In this document: positions 52,352 through 60,594 of the stretch, piece by piece
Numbering within the stretch: the first letter of the stretch is position 1
Layout of the letters: each line of letters begins with the position of its first letter
Source: an uncultured bacterium
GTDB lineage: Bacteria > Patescibacteriota > Minisyncoccia > Phycocordibacterales > PALSA-1337
Reading direction: 5' to 3'
NCBI GenBank assembly: GCA_903900935.1
Contig: CAIUOX010000033.1
Span: 1-61,354, forward strand
Length of the DNA: 61,354 nucleotides
Position numbers and translations under genes: made by a program
Notes under the pieces: model-generated
The model's database searches: none
Told to the model about the DNA's origin: nothing
The model's input: the letters and a program-made list of their open reading frames with translations, nothing else

Positions 52352-54892
52352 ATGAAAGAAATTTGGCATCAGAAAATTGGTTCATTTGGTGAAGAACTTA
52401 ATAAAGTTGAAAAAGCAACTGGTAAAACTTTTGATTTGTCAGAAGAACAAAAAGAGCAAACTCTCTTAGAATTTTTGAAAACAGATCGAGCCCGACTCAA
52501 AGCTTTTTTATCTATATTAAGAAAAATTAACGACGCACCAAATAAGGAAGAAGGGGCAGTTGGAGAAGATTCGATTCCTGAGATTGAAGGTGATTTTTCT
52601 CAAGAGCTCAAGACTTTGCATATTCTTGATGGTGTTGATTCATTTGTTGATGATTACAAAGAAGGTAAGAACTCAACCCTAGAACCTCGCCAAGTAGCTT
52701 CATTAGTTAAAATTGGCACATTCCTCCGTTCAGGCAAACGTCGTGGGTATCTCGAACTTCCAACAGGTCTCGGAAAAACTGTTATTTTTTCAGAGCTTAT
52801 TGAAGCTCTGAAAGATGTTCCTGATATCAAAATCCTAGTTGTTGGAAGTGGAAATATAAACAATATCCAAAATGTTCAGAAAATCGAAAAATTTGCCGGT
52901 GAAGAAGTGGGTAAATATTATGCTGGTGAAAAGGATACAAATTCAAAGATCACTGTATGTAACTACAATGGACTTCGAAACGCAATCAAACGAGATGATT
53001 TTAAGACAGGTGATTTTGACATTGTCTTATTCGATGAAGTGCATGATGGACTCGGAGAACTAACACAGGAATTGATAGAAAATACATTCATAAATGAAAC
53101 TCTTATTGGATTTTCTGCTACAGCAACCTATGAACTTCGATCTGGTAAGACTGCAACAGACATGTTACCTGTAGAAATAGATAAAATGGGAGTTGTAGAA
53201 GCGGTAAAGGGAAATCTACTTTCAGCCTTTAAGATAGAAGTGATTAAGATTCCAACAACTATCAATTCGGTTCGTGTGAATGGTGGTGATTATCTCCCCA
53301 ACGAACTTGAAAGAGAAATAAACACAGAAGCACGAAACGGCCTTGTTGTAGATAGTTACATGAATTTCTATAGGAATGGAGATGGCAGTGATAAGTCCAT
53401 CTCATTTTGCGTAAGCAGACAGCATACCAAGGATCTTGCAATTGCATTTGAAGCAAATGGAATTACAACAGGTATTCTAACTGGGGAACTGAGTATTGAC
53501 GAAAGAGAAGCCGTTCTACAAAAGTGGAAAACTGGAGAAATTGAAATGCTTTGTGGTTCAAAACTCGCATGGCAGGCACTAGATGAAACTGAGGTAACTG
53601 TTGGACTTAACGTTACCCCAAGTGTTTCCGAAAAAGATGTTATCCAAAGAGGTGGTCGTTTACTACGTAGATCACAATTTCAAAACAATAAAAGGGCAAT
53701 CATTGTCGAATTCCTTGACGAGTGGCGCGAAACAAAGAATTATCCGATCTTTTATTCTGAGATACTCGATGTTTCTGAGGCTCAACCTGATGTTTGGAAA
53801 GATGAAGAGTTGTCAAAAGATAAGTCGCCTAGAACTCAGATTGAGACGAGAATAAATAAACCAGAAAATAAAATCTCATCAACTTTAGGAATACAAATTA
53901 AACCTACCCGTATTTCAGATGGACGCGAAATAATGCAGATAACCAATCAAAATCGTAAATTTAGAAATGAAGTCTATTATGACTATGCTCCTAAGGGGTA
54001 TATGAGCTCAAATATTATTGCTGTTGAACTTGGAACATCAACTAAGGCTGTAGAAGATGCAATTGCTCAGATGAAGATTACTCGTGGATCTATTCGTAGA
54101 AAAGACCAAGGAATATATCTAAGCGCATTGGGTATAAAAAGAATTTTCTATGGTGGTATGGCACTTGATTCCATATACAAATACTTCATTGGTGGTACGC
54201 GAAGCGAAAAAATAGCACGGGGAGATATTGAAGAGGCAAATGACTTCACCAAATTGGAGCGCAGAGCGGTAGAACTAGACAATGAAGTACCTCCAAGCGA
54301 GACTGTTGATCTTGATTGGCGTGATTATTCATTGGAACCAAGTTTCACTATGGAAGGAGATAGTCTAACTGATGAAGAAGAAGGAACTGCAATCGGCGAT
54401 ACATCTGAACTTCGTCCACCAACAGAGCCTATCGAGGGTAAATTTAATGACATAGTTGGGTACAGATACTACAAACAAGGTAGCGAGGATCATAAGTATC
54501 GTGCGATTTTATTAAGACGAAATATTGAGAAGCAATTAAAAGTCACTGAGCGCTATGGTATACGTCCGAATGAACAAACCCTTCAAGTAGCATCTGAAAT
54601 ATCAGAACTCATAGCGGATGATACACTTAAAATTGCCACTGATAACAAAGACAGGTTGGCGTATCTCAAAGCTATTGTTAAGGATACCGAACTTTTATCG
54701 GACCGAGACAGGATAATACTAGATATGCTTTATATTAATAATCCTAATGAAATAAATACACCAAAGTCTCTTGAGAAACATTTTAAAGTATCGAGAACTG
54801 CTATCGATGCAAGAGTACGGAAAATATTCAGGATTTTAAGATGGGAGCTCCACCAATATGAGTCAGGTATAAACACACTTAAGAAATATTGA
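52352..54892 (+). CDS. SF2 (ResIII/DEAH-type) helicase with a long C-terminal extension ending in a sigma-70 region-4-like HTH
   Basis: LEPRQ (Q-like), motif I ELPTGLGKT, motif II FDEVHD, motif III FSATAT, motif VI QRGGRLLRR. A second HTH-like segment is IIAVELGTSTKAVEDAI. C-terminal LSDRDRIILDMLY....SLEKHFKVSRTAIDARVRKIFRILR. Confidence 0.75.
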   Translation: MKEIWHQKIGSFGEELNKVEKATGKTFDLSEEQKEQTLLEFLKTDRARLKAFLSILRKINDAPNKEEGAVGEDSIPEIEGDFSQELKTLHILDGVDSFVDDYKEGKNSTLEPRQVASLVKIGTFLRSGKRRGYLELPTGLGKTVIFSELIEALKDVPDIKILVVGSGNINNIQNVQKIEKFAGEEVGKYYAGEKDTNSKITVCNYNGLRNAIKRDDFKTGDFDIVLFDEVHDGLGELTQELIENTFINETLIGFSATATYELRSGKTATDMLPVEIDKMGVVEAVKGNLLSAFKIEVIKIPTTINSVRVNGGDYLPNELEREINTEARNGLVVDSYMNFYRNGDGSDKSISFCVSRQHTKDLAIAFEANGITTGILTGELSIDEREAVLQKWKTGEIEMLCGSKLAWQALDETEVTVGLNVTPSVSEKDVIQRGGRLLRRSQFQNNKRAIIVEFLDEWRETKNYPIFYSEILDVSEAQPDVWKDEELSKDKSPRTQIETRINKPENKISSTLGIQIKPTRISDGREIMQITNQNRKFRNEVYYDYAPKGYMSSNIIAVELGTSTKAVEDAIAQMKITRGSIRRKDQGIYLSALGIKRIFYGGMALDSIYKYFIGGTRSEKIARGDIEEANDFTKLERRAVELDNEVPPSETVDLDWRDYSLEPSFTMEGDSLTDEEEGTAIGDTSELRPPTEPIEGKFNDIVGYRYYKQGSEDHKYRAILLRRNIEKQLKVTERYGIRPNEQTLQVASEISELIADDTLKIATDNKDRLAYLKAIVKDTELLSDRDRIILDMLYINNPNEINTPKSLEKHFKVSRTAIDARVRKIFRILRWELHQYESGINTLKKY

Positions 54893-54924
54893 TTTTTCTT
54901 ATTGCATTTCGTATACTAAAGCCA

Positions 54925-55281
54925 ATGCTTACTGCATATACCCCAAATAATCAGTCTCTTCAGGTTCATCAAGGTGGCCGATTTATTGAGAAAATCTTCA
55001 CTGACCAAGCTGGCCAGCAATTCAAGCTTGTCTTCTTTGTTGCCCTCATCAATGGTGAAGTGAAGGGTACTCTTGTGTCAGCACAACCGATGCAGCGGAG
55101 GTCAGACCTCGGCATGCGATCTGGCAGAGGTCAGACCTCGGCGGAAGTGCTCTATCTTCCTATTTCAATTCCAAAGAATGACGTAGTCACCGAATACATT
55201 CCTGCATATGTTCCAGTTATTTCTCCTTTCAACGAACTCTTCTTCTTTACGAGCCAACCTACTAGAGCGCCATCTCTTTAA
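54925..55281 (+). CDS. hypothetical protein (118 aa) containing two copies of the GAGGTCAGACCTCGGC palindromic element
   Basis: ATG at 54925 lies 7 nt after TATACT (54912-54917). ORF track 54889..55281 uses an upstream TTG. No recognisable family. Confidence 0.4.
   Translation: MLTAYTPNNQSLQVHQGGRFIEKIFTDQAGQQFKLVFFVALINGEVKGTLVSAQPMQRRSDLGMRSGRGQTSAEVLYLPISIPKNDVVTEYIPAYVPVISPFNELFFFTSQPTRAPSL
55098..55142. repeat. two direct copies (29-nt period) of the 16-mer GAGGTCAGACCTCGGC, whose core GAGGTC-A-GACCTC is palindromic
   Basis: Copies at 55098-55113 and 55127-55142. The same 14-mer occurs in reverse complement at 58788-58801. Confidence 0.85.
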
Positions 55282-55392
55282 ATAAACTCTGGGCACGAAT
55301 ATCCAAATAAATATTGTGCTTTTATTAGTGTATGTAAATATATCAAGGCGAGGCCTTGAAATTAACTATCAATCAATAATATCTAATAACCT

Positions 55393-57285
55393 ATGTCAAA
55401 AATAATCGGAATCGACCTCGGAACAACATTCTCAGCCGTCGCAGTGATGGAAGCCGGAGTACCACGCGTACTTGAGAATGCTGAGGGTCAGCGCACAACT
55501 CCATCAATCATTGCTCAATCAAAGACTGGTGAACGTCTTGTTGGTTTGCTAGCAAAACGCCAAGCAGTCACAAACCCAAAGAATACAATATTCCAGATCA
55601 AGAGATTTATGGGACATACTTTTGATGAGCCTTCAGTACAAAAAGATATTAAAAACCTATCTTTTGATGTTCGTAAATCTTCAAATGGTGGCATCGAAGT
55701 AAAAATGGGTGATTCATGGCTTAGACCAGAAGAGGTTTCAGCTATGCTTCTTAGTAAACTCAAAACTGATGCAGAGGCTCGCCTCGGTGAAAAGGTTACT
55801 GAAGCAGTTATTACAGTTCCTGCATACTTCAATGATTCACAGCGCCAAGCAACCAAAGATGCCGGTAAGATAGCTGGTCTCGATGTGAAGAGAATTATCA
55901 ACGAACCTACAGCCGCAGCTCTTGCATATGGTTTTAGCAAGAAGAAAGACGAGAAGATTGCAGTCTTCGACTTTGGAGGTGGTACATTTGATATCTCAGT
56001 GCTTGAAGTTGGCGACGACGTGATCGAAGTAAAATCTACTGATGGTGACTCTCACCTCGGTGGACGTGACATTGATGCAAAGATCGTCAATTGGCTTGCA
56101 GATACATTCAAGAAAGAAAATGGTATTGACCTAAAAACAGACGCTCTTGCATTACAACGCTTGGACGAAGCGGCTGAAAAGGCAAAGATTGAGCTATCAA
56201 CTGCAGTTCAAACAGAGATAAATATCCCATTCGTAACCTCAGGTGCAGATGGACCAAAACATCTTCTAGTAACAATGACTCGTGCGAAGCTTGAAGAAAT
56301 GACAAGAGAGTTCGTAGATCGCGCTATGGTCATCACCAAGCGTGCTATTGAAGCTTCACCATTCAAGATAGGTGATATCAATGAAATCGTCATGGTGGGC
56401 GGACAAACGCGTATGCCAGCCCTCCAAGACGCTGTCAAGAAGTTCTTCGGAAAGGATCTTCATATGGGTGTGAATCCTGACGAGGTGGTTGCGGTGGGCG
56501 CGGCTATTCAAGGAGGAATCCTTGGTGGCGATGTGAAAGATGTTCTTCTTTTGGATGTTATTCCATTGTCTCTTGGAATCGAAACTATGGGTGGTGTAGC
56601 AACGAAGCTCATTGAAAAAAACACGACAGTTCCTACCCAAAAATCTCAAGTGTTCTCAACTGCCGCTGACAATCAGACATCAGTGGAGATTCATATCACT
56701 CAAGGTGAACGACCAATGGCAGGCGACAATAAGTCACTTGGAAAATTTATTCTTGATGGTATTCCACCAGCACCTCGTGGCATGCCACAAGTTGAAGTTT
56801 CATTTGATGTTGATGCAAATGGTATTTTGAGTGTGACTGCAAAGGACAAAGCTACTGGAAAAGCCAACTCTATCAAGATTACTGCTTCTTCAGGCCTATC
56901 AAAGGATGAGGTTGAAAAGATGAAGCAAGAAGCAGCTGCACATGAAGCTGAAGATAAGAAGAAACATGAAGCTGTTGAAGCAAAGAATATTTCTGAACAG
57001 CTCATCTATACATCAGAAAAGGCATTGAAAGATGCAGGTGACAAAGTTCCTGCAGAACTTCGAAAGGCTATTGAAGATAAGATAGCGGATCTCAAAACTG
57101 CGAAGGATAGTACTAATCCAGATATTGAAGTTATTAAAAAGGCTTCAGAGGCTCTTTCAACAGAGATACAGAAGATTGGTTCCTCTTACGCCAAGGCTTC
57201 GGAGGACAAGCAGGCAGGTGGTCAAACTGAAAACAAAGGACCAGAGGGTGATGTTAAAGACGCTGAATTCAAAGAAAAGAAATAG
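55393..57285 (+). CDS. dnaK: molecular chaperone DnaK (Hsp70)
   Basis: [25 protein letters not shown] and the EEVD-less bacterial C-terminal lid. Confidence 0.97.
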   Translation: MSKIIGIDLGTTFSAVAVMEAGVPRVLENAEGQRTTPSIIAQSKTGERLVGLLAKRQAVTNPKNTIFQIKRFMGHTFDEPSVQKDIKNLSFDVRKSSNGGIEVKMGDSWLRPEEVSAMLLSKLKTDAEARLGEKVTEAVITVPAYFNDSQRQATKDAGKIAGLDVKRIINEPTAAALAYGFSKKKDEKIAVFDFGGGTFDISVLEVGDDVIEVKSTDGDSHLGGRDIDAKIVNWLADTFKKENGIDLKTDALALQRLDEAAEKAKIELSTAVQTEINIPFVTSGADGPKHLLVTMTRAKLEEMTREFVDRAMVITKRAIEASPFKIGDINEIVMVGGQTRMPALQDAVKKFFGKDLHMGVNPDEVVAVGAAIQGGILGGDVKDVLLLDVIPLSLGIETMGGVATKLIEKNTTVPTQKSQVFSTAADNQTSVEIHITQGERPMAGDNKSLGKFILDGIPPAPRGMPQVEVSFDVDANGILSVTAKDKATGKANSIKITASSGLSKDEVEKMKQEAAAHEAEDKKKHEAVEAKNISEQLIYTSEKALKDAGDKVPAELRKAIEDKIADLKTAKDSTNPDIEVIKKASEALSTEIQKIGSSYAKASEDKQAGGQTENKGPEGDVKDAEFKEKK

Positions 57286-57352
57286 GATACGCTTGCCCTA
57301 CGAAGCTCGTGCATTACGAGCGAAGTCGGGGGGTTAATGGGAAGAAGTAATT

Positions 57353-57418
57353 AAAAAAGTCCCCTCGTAGTTCTCCTGATTCGCCAACTGGCTGAATCGG
57401 GGGAATAAACGAGGGGAC
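57353..57418 (-). terminator. long compound hairpin, minus-strand terminator for ORF 57427..57768
   Basis: Outer stem GTCCCCTCG (57359-57367) / CGAGGGGAC (57410-57418) enclosing an inner imperfect stem (GATTCGCC/GGCTGAATC). AAAAAA at 57353-57358 gives a U-run on the minus strand. Confidence 0.55.
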
Positions 57419-57426
57419 ACAGGGAA

Positions 57427-57768
57427 TTAGATACGTTTGAAGAGTTCAAGTAGATTTGCACGACTTTCGCCAGCAAGAAACTTTCCAGTAAAAACATTTA
57501 CTCTTTCGCGACCCGCTGTATCCTTTGAGAATACGCCGTCCAAAGCACGAAGATCTTGGGGTTCGGGTGATTTGCTGTTTGTAAGAGCAAAAACTAGTGC
57601 GAGTGGGTTTATTTCTTTGATCTCTCTGGCAATATCACGAGAATCAAAAACGCCATCAATATGTGAAGTGAAGATCAACTGTGGGCTGTTCGGAACAATA
57701 CGTCGAATTACTTCTTCCATAGACCCAATAGTGCTCATCTGAATTACCATGATCGAATCTGCTTTCAT
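57427..57768 (-). CDS. hypothetical protein (113 aa), receiver-like fold without an obvious phospho-acceptor Asp
   Basis: The alternating beta/alpha pattern (IMVIQMS ... QLIFTSHIDG ... LVFALTNS ... GVFSKD) resembles REC domains, but the acidic pocket residues are not evident. Confidence 0.3.
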   Translation of the reverse strand: MKADSIMVIQMSTIGSMEEVIRRIVPNSPQLIFTSHIDGVFDSRDIAREIKEINPLALVFALTNSKSPEPQDLRALDGVFSKDTAGRERVNVFTGKFLAGESRANLLELFKRI

Positions 57769-57847
57769 AATGTTTCGTTTGGTGGATTGTCATTGATCAA
57801 ACTCCTATTTGTTAAAAACCTTACCATGTGTTAAATTAAACGTCAAT

Positions 57848-58774
57848 ATGTCCAAAGATTACTACAAAATACTCGGAGTCGACAAAAGCGCCTCACAAGA
57901 TGACGTAAAAAAGGCGTTTCGTAAACTCGCGCACGAACATCATCCTGATAAGAATAAGGGCAATGCTGGTGCTGAACAAAAGTTCAAAGAAGCTAGTGAA
58001 GCATATTCAGTGCTCTCAGATGATGCCAAGCGCAAGCAATATGACACATTTGGTTCTACCGGTGGTGGCTTCAACACTGGACAAGGCGGATTCAATGGTG
58101 GTGCTGGATTTGGTGGTTTTGATTTCTCTGGATTCCAGCAAGGTGGCTTTGGACAAGGACAAGGTGGTGTTGAATTTGACCTCGGTGATATTTTCAGTGA
58201 ATTTTTTGGTGGAGGTGGTCGCAGACCTCGTAAAGGTAGAAATATTCAGGTAGATGTTGAGCTATCATTCAAGGATTCTATCTTTGGTCTTGAAAAAGAA
58301 GTATTCGTAAATGGTAAACATCTTGCAGTAAAAATTCCTCCAGGAATTGAAAATGGTCAAGGTTTGCGTGTTGGTGGTGAAGGTGAAGATGGTCCAGCCA
58401 TGCACGACGGTAGGCAGGCAAACAAAGGAGACCTTATTGTTCGTGTATGGGTCAAAGATCATCCAATATTCCGCAAAGAAGGATTTAATCTCATTATGGA
58501 ATTGCCAATCAAGCTCACCACAGCACTCGCTGGTGGTGTAATGAACGTTGAAACGCTTGATGGCACTATCGAACTCAAGATTCCTGCAGGAACATCTCAT
58601 GGTGAAATTCTGCGCGCGAAGGGTAAGGGTGTACCATATGAACAAACAGGAAGTGTATTCGGAACAGGTGGTAAAAGGGGTGATTTACTTATAGTCACAC
58701 ATGTTGAGATGCCAAGAAAATTGAGTAAAAGAGCACATCAATTAATTGATGAATTGAAAGGTGAGGGAATATAA
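57848..58774 (+). CDS. dnaJ: J-domain co-chaperone (DnaJ/CbpA-like) lacking the CxxCxGxG zinc-finger domain
   Basis: J-domain DYYKILGV...HPDKN, a G/F-rich linker and C-terminal beta-sandwich domains (GDLIVRV.V..HP.F.R.G.NL). No Cys repeats are present. Confidence 0.85.
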   Translation: MSKDYYKILGVDKSASQDDVKKAFRKLAHEHHPDKNKGNAGAEQKFKEASEAYSVLSDDAKRKQYDTFGSTGGGFNTGQGGFNGGAGFGGFDFSGFQQGGFGQGQGGVEFDLGDIFSEFFGGGGRRPRKGRNIQVDVELSFKDSIFGLEKEVFVNGKHLAVKIPPGIENGQGLRVGGEGEDGPAMHDGRQANKGDLIVRVWVKDHPIFRKEGFNLIMELPIKLTTALAGGVMNVETLDGTIELKIPAGTSHGEILRAKGKGVPYEQTGSVFGTGGKRGDLLIVTHVEMPRKLSKRAHQLIDELKGEGI

Positions 58775-58781
58775 CAAGGTC

Positions 58782-58808
58782 AAAGGTCGAGGTCTGACCT
58801 CGACCTTT
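58782..58808 (+). terminator. perfect 13-bp-arm palindrome AAAGGTCGAGGTC-T-GACCTCGACCTTT after dnaJ; a member of the GAGGTCWGACCTCG repeat family
   Basis: Hairpin 8 nt after the dnaJ stop. There is only a short T-run (TTT), so terminator function is tentative. Confidence 0.5.
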
Positions 58809-58825
58809 CGTCTAAATGTTACACC

Positions 58826-58834
58826 TGTTATAAT
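58826..58834 (+). promoter_or_regulatory. extended -10 (TGTTATAAT), 6 nt before the trpS ATG
   Basis: TGnTATAAT at 58826-58834; ATG at 58841. Confidence 0.5.
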
Positions 58835-58840
58835 AATCCC

Positions 58841-59821
58841 ATGAAGAAAAATCTACTTTCAGGCGTCAAACCTACTGGCACAGCTCATATAGGCAATTAT
58901 TTTGGTGCTATGAAGCAGTTCGTTGACCTCCAAAATTCTGGCAACTATCAGTGTCATTTTATGATTGCTGATTATCACGCACTCAATCTAATTCAAGATC
59001 AAGAGCAAATGAAGAATCTAACACTTGAATTGGCACTCGACTATCTCGCTATTGGTCTTGATCCAAAGAAATCTATTTTATTCAAGCAAAGTGATGTTTC
59101 AGCACATACAGAGCTTGCGTGGATATTTGATACGCTAGTTTCAATGCCATATTTGATGCGTGCGCATGCATTCAAGGATGCAGAGGCAAAAGACAAAGAA
59201 ATCAGCGTTGGAACATTCAATTATCCTGTCCTAATGGCTGCAGATATTCTGCTCTACAACACTGATGTTGTTCCTATAGGCCAAGATCAAAAACAGCATG
59301 TGGAGTATGCTCGCGATATTGCACAGAAATTCAATCATACATTTATAGGATCGAAGATTGATTGTGTGAATAGACATGATGAAATTTTCAAACTTCCTGA
59401 AGATCTAATCCTGAAAGATGTAGCAGTTGTCCCAGGAATTGATGGCCGAAAAATGTCAAAAAGCTACAACAATATCATTCCACTTTTTGCTTCGCGCGAA
59501 GAAATACAAAAGACTGTTATGGGTATCGTGACTGATTCTGGCTCTGATATTCCTGCAAATGTTTATGCAATTCACAAATTATTCAAAACTGAAGCCGAAC
59601 TCAAACTTCTATATGATGCCAATAAGGGCAAGTACAAAGCTCTAAAAGAGGCCCTTATCGAGGACATAGATGCTTTCATCAAGCCAATGCGTGAAAGGCG
59701 TGCCAAATTGGCCCAAAATCCTACAATGGTTCATTCTATACTTCTTGATGGCGCCAAAAGAGCAAAAGATATCGCTGATAAAAAGCTCCAAGAAATCAAG
59801 CACGCTATTGGTGTATTGTAG
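58841..59821 (+). CDS. trpS: tryptophanyl-tRNA synthetase
   Basis: KPTGTAHIGNY (HIGH), GQDQKQH and KMSKS. Confidence 0.95.
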   Translation: MKKNLLSGVKPTGTAHIGNYFGAMKQFVDLQNSGNYQCHFMIADYHALNLIQDQEQMKNLTLELALDYLAIGLDPKKSILFKQSDVSAHTELAWIFDTLVSMPYLMRAHAFKDAEAKDKEISVGTFNYPVLMAADILLYNTDVVPIGQDQKQHVEYARDIAQKFNHTFIGSKIDCVNRHDEIFKLPEDLILKDVAVVPGIDGRKMSKSYNNIIPLFASREEIQKTVMGIVTDSGSDIPANVYAIHKLFKTEAELKLLYDANKGKYKALKEALIEDIDAFIKPMRERRAKLAQNPTMVHSILLDGAKRAKDIADKKLQEIKHAIGVL

Positions 59822-59846
59822 TATTGATATAGTATCGCTTATCATA

Positions 59847-60569
59847 ATGCCATTTACTATAAAAACTCAATCATTTGAAGGTCCTCTTGACCTTCTTCTT
59901 GATCTTATAGAGAAAAAAAAGTTATTTATTAGCGATATTGCACTCGCAAAAGTTACTGATGACTTCATTTCACATATTCGTCAATTTGAAAATATGCCAA
60001 TGGATGAATCAGCACATTTTATTTTGATTGCTTCGACATTGTTACTGATAAAATCAAAATCACTCTTACCAGAATTGAGTTTAACTGAAGAAGAAAAAGG
60101 TGATATACAAGATCTTGAAATTCGTCTGAAGATATACAAACGTATAAAAGAATCTAGTGTATATATCCAAAAACTATTTGGTGCTGAGATGATTTTTGCT
60201 CAATCGCATGCACGTCCAGTAAATCCTATATTTACACCAGATCCAAAATTTACTTTAGAAAGTGCCTTATTCTCGCTTAAAGACCTTATAAATAGACTTC
60301 CAAAGAAAGACACATTACCAAAGCAAGTTGTTCAAAAAGTCATGAGCTTAGAAGAGATGATTGGCACACTCACAATTCGTATAACTAGTCATTTACGCAT
60401 GAGTTTCAAAGAGTTCACCAAAGAACATAGAGAAAATCGTATCAATGTGATTGTGAGTTTCTTGGCCATGCTTGAATTGGTTAAAGAGGGTGTTTTGCAC
60501 GTAACTCAAGAAAAAATGTTTGATGATATTGTCATGGAAACAAAGGAGGTTGGAGTACCGAGGTATTAA
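59847..60569 (+). CDS. scpA: segregation and condensation protein A
   Basis: FEGPLDLLLDLIEKKKLFISDIALAKVTDDF. Start taken at ATG 59847; the upstream part of ORF 59670 overlaps trpS. Confidence 0.85.
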   Translation: MPFTIKTQSFEGPLDLLLDLIEKKKLFISDIALAKVTDDFISHIRQFENMPMDESAHFILIASTLLLIKSKSLLPELSLTEEEKGDIQDLEIRLKIYKRIKESSVYIQKLFGAEMIFAQSHARPVNPIFTPDPKFTLESALFSLKDLINRLPKKDTLPKQVVQKVMSLEEMIGTLTIRITSHLRMSFKEFTKEHRENRINVIVSFLAMLELVKEGVLHVTQEKMFDDIVMETKEVGVPRY

Positions 60570-60594
60570 CTCTATTGTTTTGATTTTTCAAATA

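Noticed and set aside
51645-55392. Looked for an HrcA/CIRCE operator (TTAGCACTC-N9-GAGTGCTAA) upstream of grpE, dnaK and dnaJ.
   Set aside because: No CIRCE-like inverted repeat was seen. Upstream of dnaK the only palindrome is TCAAGGC-GAG-GCCTTGA (about 55348-55364), which does not match CIRCE. No hrcA gene is present in the window.
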